Shown: in pieces, positions 53,022-64,000 of the stretch
Numbering within the stretch: the stretch's first letter is position 1
Layout of the letters: each line of letters opens with the position of its first letter
Source of the DNA: Chrysomallon squamiferum
Taxonomy: Eukaryota; Animalia; Mollusca
Length of the DNA stretch: 64,000 bases
Reading direction: 5' to 3'
NCBI GenBank assembly: GCA_012295275.1
Contig: CM022679.1
Span: forward strand, 14,322,001 to 14,386,000
Position numbers and translations under genes: made by a program
The notes under the pieces: model-generated
Seen by the model: the letters and a program-made list of their open reading frames with translations, nothing else
What the model was told of the DNA's origin: nothing
The model's database searches: none

Positions 53022-53397
53022 GTAAGCAATGTCAGAAAGAATTTCACAGCATCTTAGATGAGATAATGTCAGTTAAAACACACTTTCCTAGGTAGAACTG
53101 TCTCTTAGAAAGGTAAGCAATGTCAGATAGAATTTCACAGTAAAGCATCACTGTCATATTGAATTAGTGTTGACGGCCTCATTGAAAAGTTCAATAAGGT
53201 CAAGTTGTAGTTGATTGTTTTGTACACAGTTATATACTAGAGTGATAAGCAGAAGTACACATAAAGACATAGTGATAAAAAATAAAAAAAAAAAAAAAAT
53301 ACTAGTTTATTATTCAAAATCTTAGAATAATAATTACAACTAATTTACTATTCATAATCAGTTGTTAAATATAATATTTTTATTTTTTTATTTTCAG

Positions 53398-53561
53398 GGT
53401 GAATTTGTTGTACTTCTTCGTCGCAGTTGATGACAACTGGTTTGAGGGAAGGATCGGTAACCAACAGGGAATATTCCCCATGTCTTATGTGGAGGTGATT
53501 CGTGAGCCCAGCACCCCACTGGTGACACCTGCCCCTTCAGTGATCACCACCCCAATGACAG
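53398..53561 (+). CDS. SORBS exon, rest of SH3-B (GEFVVLLRR/VDDNWFEGRIGNQQGIFPMSYVEVIREPSTPLVTPAPSVITTPMT); apparent 1-nt insertion near 53425
   Basis: ttttcag acceptor, CAG|gtagag donor. The SH3 consensus resumes after skipping one base, and as written there is TGA at 53428. Confidence 0.9.
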
Positions 53562-53714
53562 GTAGAGGTTAGATTGACATTTTCATATTGAGAATGGTTT
53601 ACTTTACGTAGTGTGTGGCCAATTTGCTGGCTTTTACTGTACCCTCCCTTTGGGTGTAAATCATAAACAGTACAGAAATTTTCATTACAGTTTAATAATA
53701 GTATTCAAACACTT

Positions 53715-53885
53715 AATACTCAGCTGGCTGTACTTAGATTGCTCCATTGATATGTGATGGATTGCAGGTTCAATCCTTGTTAGTGCATCCTTTGGACTAA
53801 TTCCTATTCTATGTAATGTCCAACTACTGTTTTATAAATGGATATTGTATGTGTTTTCCTGTTTATAGGAATCAGTATAAAAGGT
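53715..53885 (+). mobile_element. Possible decayed tRNA-derived SINE fragment
   Basis: B-box-like gcaggttcaatcc at about 53764, followed by sequence loosely resembling gastropod SINE bodies as I recall them. Heavily diverged and not verified. Confidence 0.3.
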
Positions 53886-54157
53886 ATATATTGTTATTAA
53901 TGGATATAGCTGATCCATACAGATATCAATACAGATATCATTGGTTTAAGATAATCTTTAATATTAAATTACACTGCGGTGTTGTTCAAAAATTATATTT
54001 ATTCAGGCAGTATCAGATTAAAGCTTGTTTGCACTTCATAATCTTTTGAAAATATTACCTGAATCACAGTGATTTGTCATAAACAAACATTGTGAAAATA
54101 AAATACAATAAACTTTGATTCACAAAATATATATAAGTATATGTATGTGTGTATGTT

Positions 54158-54201
<44 letters not shown>

Positions 54202-54410
54202 AGTTGGTATTATAAGCATGATTGTGTTGTAATTAATGGTGTAATATGTCAACTGTATCTTGCTATATTTTATTTTATTATTTTATGTTGTATTTATTTT
54301 ATTAAATTTATTTTATTTTTTATTTTATTACAGGTTTTTTCTATCCATTGAAAAGTTATTTTAAGTTTTTATTTCATTTTATTTTTATTACTTTGCATTT
54401 TTATTTCATT

Positions 54411-54465
<55 letters not shown>

Positions 54466-54753
54466 TTTTTTTTTTTATTATTTTAATTTAGTTTAGTTTA
54501 GTTTAGTTTTAAGCTGTTGCATTCTGTTCTGTTCCCATTTTGTTTTGGTTTGGTTTTTAAATTTAATTTTGGTGTAATCAAATTTATTTTACACCAGATA
54601 AATTAAATTATATTACACTGGATAAGTAAAATATTTGCTCATTTATATAACACAACATTACATTACATTTTATTACAGCTCACTCTGTTAAATTACCTTA
54701 ATTTCATTAAAAACATCTTTTTTCTTCAATTCTACAAATTATTCCATTATCAG

Positions 54754-55082
54754 GCACACCGGAAATGCTCTCCCCCGCCAGCATGGAGGCACCCACTCCA
54801 CCCCCGCAGCCCTCCCCTAGTGCGTTCGCCCAGCGCTCCCCCACAGGCACCTCGTTCGGGTACCGGCAGGCGAGTCCAGGCAGTGGGAGGTCCCACACGA
54901 GTCAGCTCTCTACCCCTGTCTGACCTCACCTCGCAACGCCCACACCAGAGTCCCACGTTCGGGAGGAAGCCGATGTCACCGCGCGGCGCGGAGACTGGGT
55001 TGACACCACCGTCCAATCCCATCCACATCATCCCAACCGACAACAGAACCAAAGTGGCCGATGATGATCTGGCGTTGACGAG
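54754..55082 (+). CDS. SORBS exon, Pro/Ser-rich linker between SH3-B and SH3-C; apparent 1-nt insertion near 54912
   Basis: cattatcag acceptor, GAG|gtttgt donor. The exon is 329 nt where 328 is needed. The entry frame (GTPEMLSPASMEAPTPPPQP...) stops at TGA 54921, and the exit frame (...PLSDLTSQRPHQSP...DDDLALTR) joins the last exon. Confidence 0.88.
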
Positions 55083-55084
55083 GT

Positions 55085-55208
55085 TTGTTGTTGTTGTTGC
55101 TGTTGTTGTTGTTGTTGTTGTATTTGTTGTTGTTATTGTTGTTATTGTTGTAATTGTTACTGTTATTATTATTTTTATTATTATTGTTATTATTGTTATT
55201 ATTTATTA

Positions 55209-55257
<49 letters not shown>

Positions 55258-55281
55258 TGTTTATTATTATTATTATTACTA

Positions 55282-55376
<95 letters not shown>

Positions 55377-55430
55377 GTTATTATTATTATTATTGTTGTT
55401 ATTAATATTATTACTACTACTACTACTACT
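55085..55430. repeat. (GTT)n/(ATT)n microsatellite immediately after the donor
   Basis: Directly visible. Confidence 0.95.
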
Positions 55431-55801
55431 ACTTGAATATCACAATAACTATATACTCAGACATATCTTATATAAATTCAAAGTTAAAATACTTCTTGTA
55501 TGTTTTTCAGTTTTTATTTTACTGATATTGCGCAGTGTATTTAGAAACCTCTGAGTAACTATATAACGTATACATCAAATTACGATTGTTTTATTATTTA
55601 TCTTTGTTTTTAATCTTTATTTTAAAGATATTGCACATTGCATGACCACAAACTTCAGAATAACTTTATAATATCAAATTTTCAGTTCATTTTTTTATTT
55701 ACATTTATTTATTTTACGGATATGGGGTTTTATGTGCATACAAAATTCAGAGTAACCATGTAATAATATAAAAACATATTTTTTTTCTGCCTGTTTTACA
55801 G

Positions 55802-55970
55802 ATATCGGGCTGTTTATGCATACAAGCCTCAGAATGAGGATGAGTTAGAACTGCAAGAAGGGGACGAAGTGTTTGTTATGGAGAAGTGTGATGACGGCTG
55901 GTTTGTGGGAACATCAGCTAGAACGGGACAATTTGGAACGTTCCCGGGAAATTATGTGCAGCAGTTCTGA
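55802..55970 (+). CDS. SORBS: SORBS terminal coding exon, SH3-C ([55 protein letters not shown])
   Basis: ctgttttacag acceptor, highly conserved third SH3 of the SORBS/CAP family, TGA at 55968-55970. Confidence 0.97.
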
Positions 55971-57324
55971 ATAGAGAGGTAACGAATAGTTTAAACTCAT
56001 TTAGATCATAGAGTGCTGAACATACGAAGACAGTAATGAAATGATCGTTCATATTGTCATGTGCAAAGCAAATATAAAGAAAAACAATAACTACCAAAAA
56101 AAATACCCCAGAGTTAAAAATACCCAAGAGTTAAATTTATTGAAAGTAAAATATTTTGATTTTCTTTGTGTTGTTTGATTCAGCAGATTATACCGTTTTT
56201 TTAAATTTATTTATTTAGTTATTTTATTAATCATTCAACTCTTCATTAAATTATTTGATCATCTTTTAGGGTTTTTTGTTGTTACTGCTGCTACTACTAA
56301 TTTTGATATTATTATTACTATTATTTATTTATTTATTTAATTTTTTTTTCATTATTTATTTATTTTGCTACAAGCATTGTTTACATTTTTATATATACCT
56401 CACTTAATTAGAACTTTTTCTTTTTAAACAGAAATAAAACGTGAATGAAGAAGGAAGGATGTTGTCAGTGGAGTTGTTGAACAACACAGCAGCAGTGATG
56501 TTTTATATGAGTGTCTGTCAGTAACGCTGTTGTTCACAGTACACTCATCATCTCATCTCTGTTTGTCTGAAGTCAGTCTGTATGTTTGTCTGTCTGTTAT
56601 TAGTTCACTTCTGGGCAAAAGAAAGACACCATGAAGATACCTAACAACATATTTAACTGCAGCATTTTTCAAAGTGGACAGAAAACAGTTTGAGCTGGCC
56701 ATTGACTCAGTCTTTATATTACATTTGTTCAAACTGCCGGCTGATACTGTAATTATAAACAGTTTTTGTGTGAAAGGAATTATTCTTTCTTGTAACTAAA
56801 CAGGAGACACCATTTTGTTGATACAATTTCCAGGAGAAAATTACAGACTGACGTTCAAACAGATCACAAAGAGAAAGAACAAACATTCAAAACACAAAAA
56901 TAGTGCTGACTCAGTCTTTGTAGTATATAGTGTGTGAATTAAATGAAATATCTGTGGCATTCAGAACATAATTTTATTCAGATAAGACAGAATATAACTG
57001 ATTTAGTAAGAAAGTATTAACAAGTGCAGGAAACGAGTAAAACAGTGATAGGACAGCTGATTTTAATAAAAATTATATATTTCGATAATACTCCATAAGG
57101 AAACAGATCTGCATTTTTTTTTTTTCAATTTACATCTGTAGTAAGCATTTTCAGTATCTGCTTCATCTATTCAGGTGATATATATAGTTGTAGTTGTCAA
57201 GGAATTAGTTTTCTTTTTTCGATGAGACATTACATATACACTAGATACATTATTCAAGTTAGTCAGTTTAATATATTCTCTGTGTATGTATTCTGTGATA
57301 ACAGTTGTGTAAATATAATCATAT

Positions 57325-57805
57325 GTTAACATAAAATGAGAAAATATGGTGGTACCATGTCATAAAGTATATTGGTACTGTAACATAAAGTGAGAAAGTA
57401 TACTACTACTTTAACAAAATGAAAATGAGGTAACATAGCAGTCCCCTAACATAAAGTGTGAAAATATGGTGGTATTTTAACATGGAGAAAGTGAGATATT
57501 GTGCTAGTACCTTGACACAAAGTGAGACAATATACTAGTACTTTAACATAGTAATAGTTAGATAACACAGCAGTCCCTAACATAAAGTGAGACACTTGGT
57601 GGTATTGTAACATAAAGTGAGAAAATGTAGTTTAACATAAAGTAAGAACATATAATGGTTCTTCTACACAAAGTGAGAAAATACTGCAGTACTTTAACAC
57701 AAAAAAGAAAAGAAAAAGGTTGTTGTTACTTTAACATAAGGAAGGAAAGAGAAAATATAGCAGTGATTGATTACACTGAAAAAATTTGTGGTTTATTAAA
57801 TAAAA

Positions 57806-57851
<46 letters not shown>

Positions 57852-58125
57852 AGAAAAAATAGTGTTACTTTACCCCAAATTGGAAATACCAGCAGTATTT
57901 TTACTTCAAGTGAGAAAACACTTAACTTAACACAAAGTGAGAAAATGTAATCATGCAGTAACACAAAATGAGAAAATAAAGTGGTACAAAGAAAGTGGTC
58001 ACATTAAAAAAAAAAACTGAAGGTGAAAATATAGTTATATGAGAATATAGTTATATTGTAACATAAAGTGAGAAAATGTAGCAGTTTGTTAACACAAAGT
58101 GAGAAAATGTAGTTGTATTTTAACA
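57325..58125. repeat. Degenerate tandem repeat (taacataaagtgagaaaat...), about 30-35 bp unit, downstream of the stop codon
   Basis: aaca(t/c)aaagtgaga recurs more than 10 times. Confidence 0.75.
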
Positions 58126-58266
58126 CTGAGAGTAGGGTATGATGCATTCTGTACAGGAGTGTTAATGCTTTGACAAACAAACCCCAGCAACGTCTACGCA
58201 TTATAATTCTAAATAATAAAAATTAATGATTGTAGGCTGATTATAGGTAGCATGTAATGTGCCACA

Positions 58267-58308
<42 letters not shown>

Positions 58309-61149
58309 CAGGGTTTTCCCTCCCAGGATTTTTTTTTCTTGTCTATGCACAAAACATCGAAGCAGTATTGTACATTATTTTCAGTGTGTGGCATTTTATT
58401 TATTACACTGAATAAAATTATAGGAGATAAAAGAAACATAAGTGCTGCATGTTCATACAGATCTGCTTAAAAAGTCACTGAAATTTTTATAAAAGGTTGT
58501 TCTAGTAGAGGATGTCTAAAGTCAAATTAAATTTGTTATAATACGTTAAATTTTATGAAAATTTAAAAAAATTATTTTTTTTGAGATTATCATTTGCAAA
58601 TCCTCATTTTAAAAAATAAATCTTAATGGTAATTAAATTCTGTTTTGTTGATGCATGATTTAATCACAGTTATTTAATTCACAGAAAAATACTTAATATT
58701 TAGTATTATTTCAATATATTACTTGGATAATCAGTAAAAATTGTTTTAAAAAAACAAAGCAATAATTAGATTATGAAAAAACCTAAACAAAGTTTCAGTG
58801 GGCTTTTATTATTATTATTGAAATACAATTTAAATAGTGTATGTGTATCAATGACATTATTTAGCTGTTTAATACACATTGATAGATAACTGAATGTTTG
58901 TAAATATTATTTAGCAGTTTAAACTCACATAGCTTAAACACACACACACACACACGCATACATACATTCAGATATATACATATATATTCAAATATATATA
59001 AATACACACACATACAGAGTATGTCATACAAATATATATATGCACATAGTCATACAAACACTTATCTACCATATATATATATACATATATGCATATATTT
59101 ATATTACATACTTATGCAATATGTAAACACAGAAACAAAGTTCTGTATGTTGGATAATTATACAAAAACGGTTTTTGTCTGAAATATTTTTTATCAAATA
59201 CACAGATTTGACAATTTTTTCCTTCAGTAAAACAACACAACTTAAGAATTTTACACAGATTAAGCCTTTGAACAATGAATTTATTATTTTTATGTTTGCC
59301 TTTGTTTGTTTTTTCTTTTCTCTGTGCCTTTCAGTGTAAAAACATACTTGGCATAATTACTGCATGAAAACATATCTTGTGTTGTGAATATGAAAATGTT
59401 GTTGCTTCTATTTTTTTTAAAAAAAACATTTTTTTTTTTTCATTTTTTGCTTTTTTATAAAAAATTTCTCTCCTTTTTTTTCTTGTTATTTCATGCATGG
59501 TTGTTAGATATTAGTATTATAACACAGTCATGTTGTGCATACATTTAAAAATCATTTAAATATTGTCATATTTTATTTATTAATATGGGTTTAATATACT
59601 ATTATAAATATATCTGGAGATATACACTGTACTGTATAAAAATGTTTGTGACAAATTGTAAATTGTGAATATTGTATATGAACTTTTTTTCTTTTTTTTT
59701 TTCTAAAATGGAGAGTTGTGTTATATGAGCTGATTTTTTTTTTTTTAAATATGTCATGTTTCAATTTTGGAGCAGGTTTTATTTTTAAATTTTTTAAAAT
59801 TAATTATTATTATTATTATTTTTTTTTTTGAATGGTGTTGATGAATATATTTCACAATGGTGCTAGTAACAAATATAAACGTAATACATTTTTTTCTTAA
59901 TGATCTCCATGTGAAAAGAGCCATTTTAATTACAGTGAAAGGGAGACAACTTCATCTTGGGAGACAATTCCGAATTAAATAAATTTATTTAAAATAAATA
60001 ACGAAAAGCATTAACATTTTAAAATAATTTTCTTTTTATTCTATTATGTTATAATTTGATTATTATTATTTTTTATTATATTATTTTTTTTTTATATTTA
60101 AATTTTGTTTTTATTTTAAATTTAGAATTTCTTTCAATAAAATCATTCATATTTTATATAACTATCAAAACATATAAAAGGATAATAAAATTGGTTAAAA
60201 ATCTTTCAAATTTTAGAAAGTCATCAAGTATGAATCTGTCTTTATTGTATCTCTGTCGGCTTGGTGATCATTGAGAAAAAACACACAAATGTTTTGTGTA
60301 TCCTTTATGATGGTTTGACCCAGAGACCTTTTCCTCTAGATCGCTGTATTTATGTTCTGTAGTCTTTATATTTATATATTATTTTTTCTTGGTCTGATTG
60401 ATTGCTTGTTGCTGAAGTCAGTGGAACAAATTGTAAAAAAAAAAAAAAATATATTTCTTAATAGATGTGAACGTTTCTAAAATAACCAACATTTTACAGT
60501 TTTTATTAACAGTTTATATTTTCAAAAAGTTTATCACATTAATCCAGATCTTTTTTTTTTTTGTTTTTTAATTTGAAATTGTCTTTATTTATTGTGAATT
60601 AAAAGAAAATTTCAAATAATACTTTTTAATGAAAGAACATTTTAAAAATCATTTTGTAAATACATTTATAAATATTATTCAGATGATGACGTTACTAAAA
60701 AAAAAAAAAAAAAGAATAATAAAAATTTGTATGATAATAACATTTTGGCATTTTTACATTTGTATGTTCATGTTATTTAATTTTCTATAATGATAGAAGA
60801 AAAATTAAGTGATGTGATAAATCCTTTAAAATTCTTTTTTGTTTTAAACTGCCCATAATACCATTTATTACCAGTTCTAAATTTGAAAACTGATTTTTGA
60901 GCTCATATTTTCATTTTCTTTAACTAATATTTGAATTGTGAACTTTCAAATTATAAAATTCTGTTTTTTAATATTATTATTTTTATTATTTATTAATAAT
61001 GTTTTTGATTCAGAAACTGATCTCATCTGTGGATATGCAGATTATATTTGAATCGGACAAAATTTTAATATCTCTTTTTTAGTAAATTTTTAGAACTTTT
61101 CTAATTTGTTATTGCTGTTTTCATGTATAAGTTTTTTCTTTCAGTTTCA

Positions 61150-61178
61150 ATTATTATTATTATTATTATTACTGTTAC

Positions 61179-61226
<48 letters not shown>

Positions 61227-61275
61227 TATTACTATTATTATTTTTATTACTATCATTATTATCATCATCATCATC
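61150..61275. repeat. (ATT)n microsatellite
   Basis: Directly visible. Confidence 0.9.
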
Positions 61276-61702
61276 TTATTTCTGAAGATACATGATTTAT
61301 ATAAAAAGGCTGTAAAAATTAATACCATTATAATTAACAAGTTTCTTAAAAACAATATAATTAAACCTTATAAAAAATAAATTAATTAATTAAAATTAAA
61401 TAACACATTTTCAAAAAAATAATTGTGACATTTTTTGGTAACATGTCTTAATCTATTTTTCCCACCTTGTTTTCACCTTAACCCTGTTTTCTTTTTTCGT
61501 TGATATATTTGGTTTTTTTTGTTTCTTGCTTCCCTGCCAGGTAGACATTGTAGACAAAAGCTAATCAACTGAACAGTGTTGTGGGTTTTACTTGATTAAC
61601 TACTCACATGGTTTACAACTGTTGATGCATGGAGAATAAAGTGTTACAAGAAAACAAACGTTGTTGTTGTTGTTGTTGTAGTTGCTATGGACATCCTGGT
61701 AT

Positions 61703-61706
61703 CTCT

Positions 61707-61747
<41 letters not shown>

Positions 61748-61972
61748 GGTGTGTGTATGCAAGTGGATGTATACACACACACAACACATATATACACATA
61801 TATATATATACATACAAACATATATATATATATATATACATACATATATACATATACATACATACACACATACATATATATATATATATATACATACATA
61901 TATATATATAATCATATATATATATATATATACATACAATATATATATATATACATACATATATATATATAT

Positions 61973-62043
<71 letters not shown>

Positions 62044-62057
62044 CATACATACATATA
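61703..62057. repeat. Compound (CT)/(GT)/(TA,TACA) microsatellite
   Basis: Directly visible; source of many spurious Y/I ORFs. Confidence 0.95.
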
Positions 62058-62220
62058 TTTAGAGAAAGAAAAGAAAGAAAACACTGAAGCAGCTTTTATG
62101 AATGAACAAAAGGGAGAATGAATAAAGATAGAAATAATTAATGAAACAGATGGAAGTGTGGTATGGAGAAAGAAGACAGAGAATACTAACTGACTGAAGA
62201 AAAAAATAAATAAATAAAAC

Positions 62221-62780
62221 CTTATGTGAGATGTGTTCACTGGTATATTTAGAATGGTATATTTGTGAGATGTGTTCACTGGTATATTTAGAGTGCCCTC
62301 CCTTATGTGAGATGTGTTCACTGGTATATTTATAGTGGTCTCCCTTATGTGAGATGTGTTCACTGGTACATTTAGAGTGGCCTCCCTTATGTGAGATGTG
62401 TTCACTGGTTTTTACAGTCGCCTCCCTTATGTGAGATGTGTTCACTGGTATATTTAGAGTGGCCTCCCTTATATGAGATGTGTTCACTGGTTTTTAGAGT
62501 GGCCTCCCTTATGTGAGTTGTGTTCAATGGTATATTTAGAGTGGCCTCCCTTATGTGAGATGTGTTCACTGGTTTTTAGAGTCGCGTCCATTATCTGAGA
62601 TCTGTTCACTGGTATATTTAGAGTGGCCTCCCTTATGTGAGATGAGTTCACTGGTTTTTAGAGTAGCCTCCCTTATGTGAGATGTGTTCACTGGTATATT
62701 TAGAGTGACCTCCCTTATGTGAGATGTGTTCACTGCTATAGTTACAATAGCCTACCCCATGTGAGATGTGTTCACTGGTA
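62221..62780. repeat. 42/39-bp minisatellite block 1 (ccttatgtgagatgtgttcactggtatatttagagtggcctc)
   Basis: About 13 tandem copies. Confidence 0.95.
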
Positions 62781-63295
62781 TTAAGAAAATAACAAAGAAA
62801 ATTCGATTACAAAAGAGTGCATGAACTGATTCAAATATATGAGAAATAAATAATAAATAAATCAAATGAAAAATAAAGAAGGATGGAAAGAAAGAAAAAA
62901 ATGAAATAAAAGACAGATAAGATGGAAAGAAAAGAAAGAAAGAAAGGTAGAAAAGAAAGAAGTAAGGATAGAAAAAAAAAAGAACGAAGGAAAGAAAGAA
63001 AAGAAAACAGAACGACCGAAAGAAAGAAAAGAAAGAAAACACTGAAGCAGCTTTGCGAATGAACAAAACAGAGAATGAATAAAGATAGAAATAATAAATA
63101 AAAGAGATCCAAGCGTGCTACTATTTAAACACAGCATTCTTTTCAGTTTTTATTAAAAATAAAATATTAAACCATTTGTAGACTGCATTGATTAGCAGGT
63201 TAAGAATTTCCATACTGAATTTCTTCATTTCATTACAGAGAAAGAAGACAGAGAATACTAACTGAAGAAAAAAAGAAGAAACAATAAATAAATAA

Positions 63296-63745
63296 AAGTG
63301 GCCTCCCTTATGTGAGATGTGTTTACTGACATATTTAGAGTGGCCTCCCTTATGTGAGATGTGTTCACTGGTATATTTAGAGTGGCCTCCCTTATGTGAG
63401 ATGTGTTCACTGTATATTTGGTATATTTGTGAGAGTGTTCACCCTCCCTTATGTGAGATGTGTTCACTGGTATATTTAGAGTGGCCTCCCTTATGTGAGA
63501 TGTGTTCACTGGTATATTTAGAGTGGCCTCCCTTATGTGAGATGTGTTCACTGGTATATTTAGAGTGGCCTCCCTTATGTGAGATGTGTTCACTGGTTTT
63601 TAGATTTATGTGAGTTGTGTTCACTGCCCATTTAGAGTGGCCTCCCTTATGTGAGATGTGTTCACTGGTTTTTAGAGGTATATTTGAGATGTGTTCACTG
63701 GTATATTTAGAGTGGCCTACCTCATGTGAGATGTGTTCAGTGGTA
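63296..63745. repeat. 42/39-bp minisatellite block 2, part of a ~1 kb higher-order tandem duplication
   Basis: Same unit as 62221-62780, and the flanks are duplicated too. Confidence 0.95.
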
Positions 63746-64000
63746 TAAAGAAAATAACAAAGAAAATTCGATTACAAAAGCACAAATAAACAGTCAGTGA
63801 GAGCAGAGTGCATGAACTGATTAAAAATATATGAGAAATAAATAATAAATAAATCATAATATGAAAAATAAAGAAGGATGGAAAGAATGAAAGAAAGGAA
63901 AGAAAATATAGAAAAGATGGAAAGAAAAGAAAGAAAGAAAGGTAGAAAAGAATGAAGTAAGGATAGAAAGAAAAAAGAACGAATGAAAGAAATAAAAGAA

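Noticed and set aside
52718-54923. Programmed frameshifting, readthrough or selenocysteine recoding at the internal stops
   Set aside because: Three independent indels of mixed sign with no slippery heptamer. Readthrough alone would not restore the frame, and sequencing error is simpler.
54820-55554. 244-aa ORF with poly-V/I/Y/L tail
   Set aside because: It is the second half of the frameshifted linker exon reading through into a trinucleotide microsatellite.
56703-56920. Repeated tgactcagtcttt (AP-1-like) motifs, also near 33035
   Set aside because: Short motifs that could occur by chance, with no supporting context.
62059-63624. Repeat ORFs ([14 protein letters not shown])n and ([14 protein letters not shown])n, or a CRISPR array
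   Set aside because: These are translations of a 42-bp minisatellite, open in several frames on both strands, with no spacers.

Overview
AT-rich, microsatellite-laden animal genomic DNA. It looks like a mollusc or other lophotrochozoan invertebrate, which is an inference from repeat style and protein similarity. There are no prokaryotic features, and nearly all short ORFs in the supplied track are simple-repeat artefacts. The window is dominated by one + strand, multi-exon gene encoding a SORBS/CAP (sorbin and SH3 domain; CAP/ponsin, ArgBP2, vinexin family) adaptor. I reconstructed its exons by hand from GT-AG sites and phase continuity, from about 842 to the stop at 55970. The gene is 5'-incomplete and no SoHo domain is visible. 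It ends in three SH3 domains. Notable points: (1) a 3.75 kb coding exon with its own ATG and an embedded helical block; (2) a probable internal first exon at about 23959; (3) several frame-preserving micro/cassette exons flanked by Rbfox/QKI-type motifs; (4) three single-base frameshifts clustered in the SH3 region, most likely consensus errors; (5) two tandem duplications of exon-intron junctions, one forming a potential new 21-nt exon; (6) a perfect ERE-type palindrome next to a microexon; (7) several minisatellites, including a nested ~1 kb repeat at the window end.
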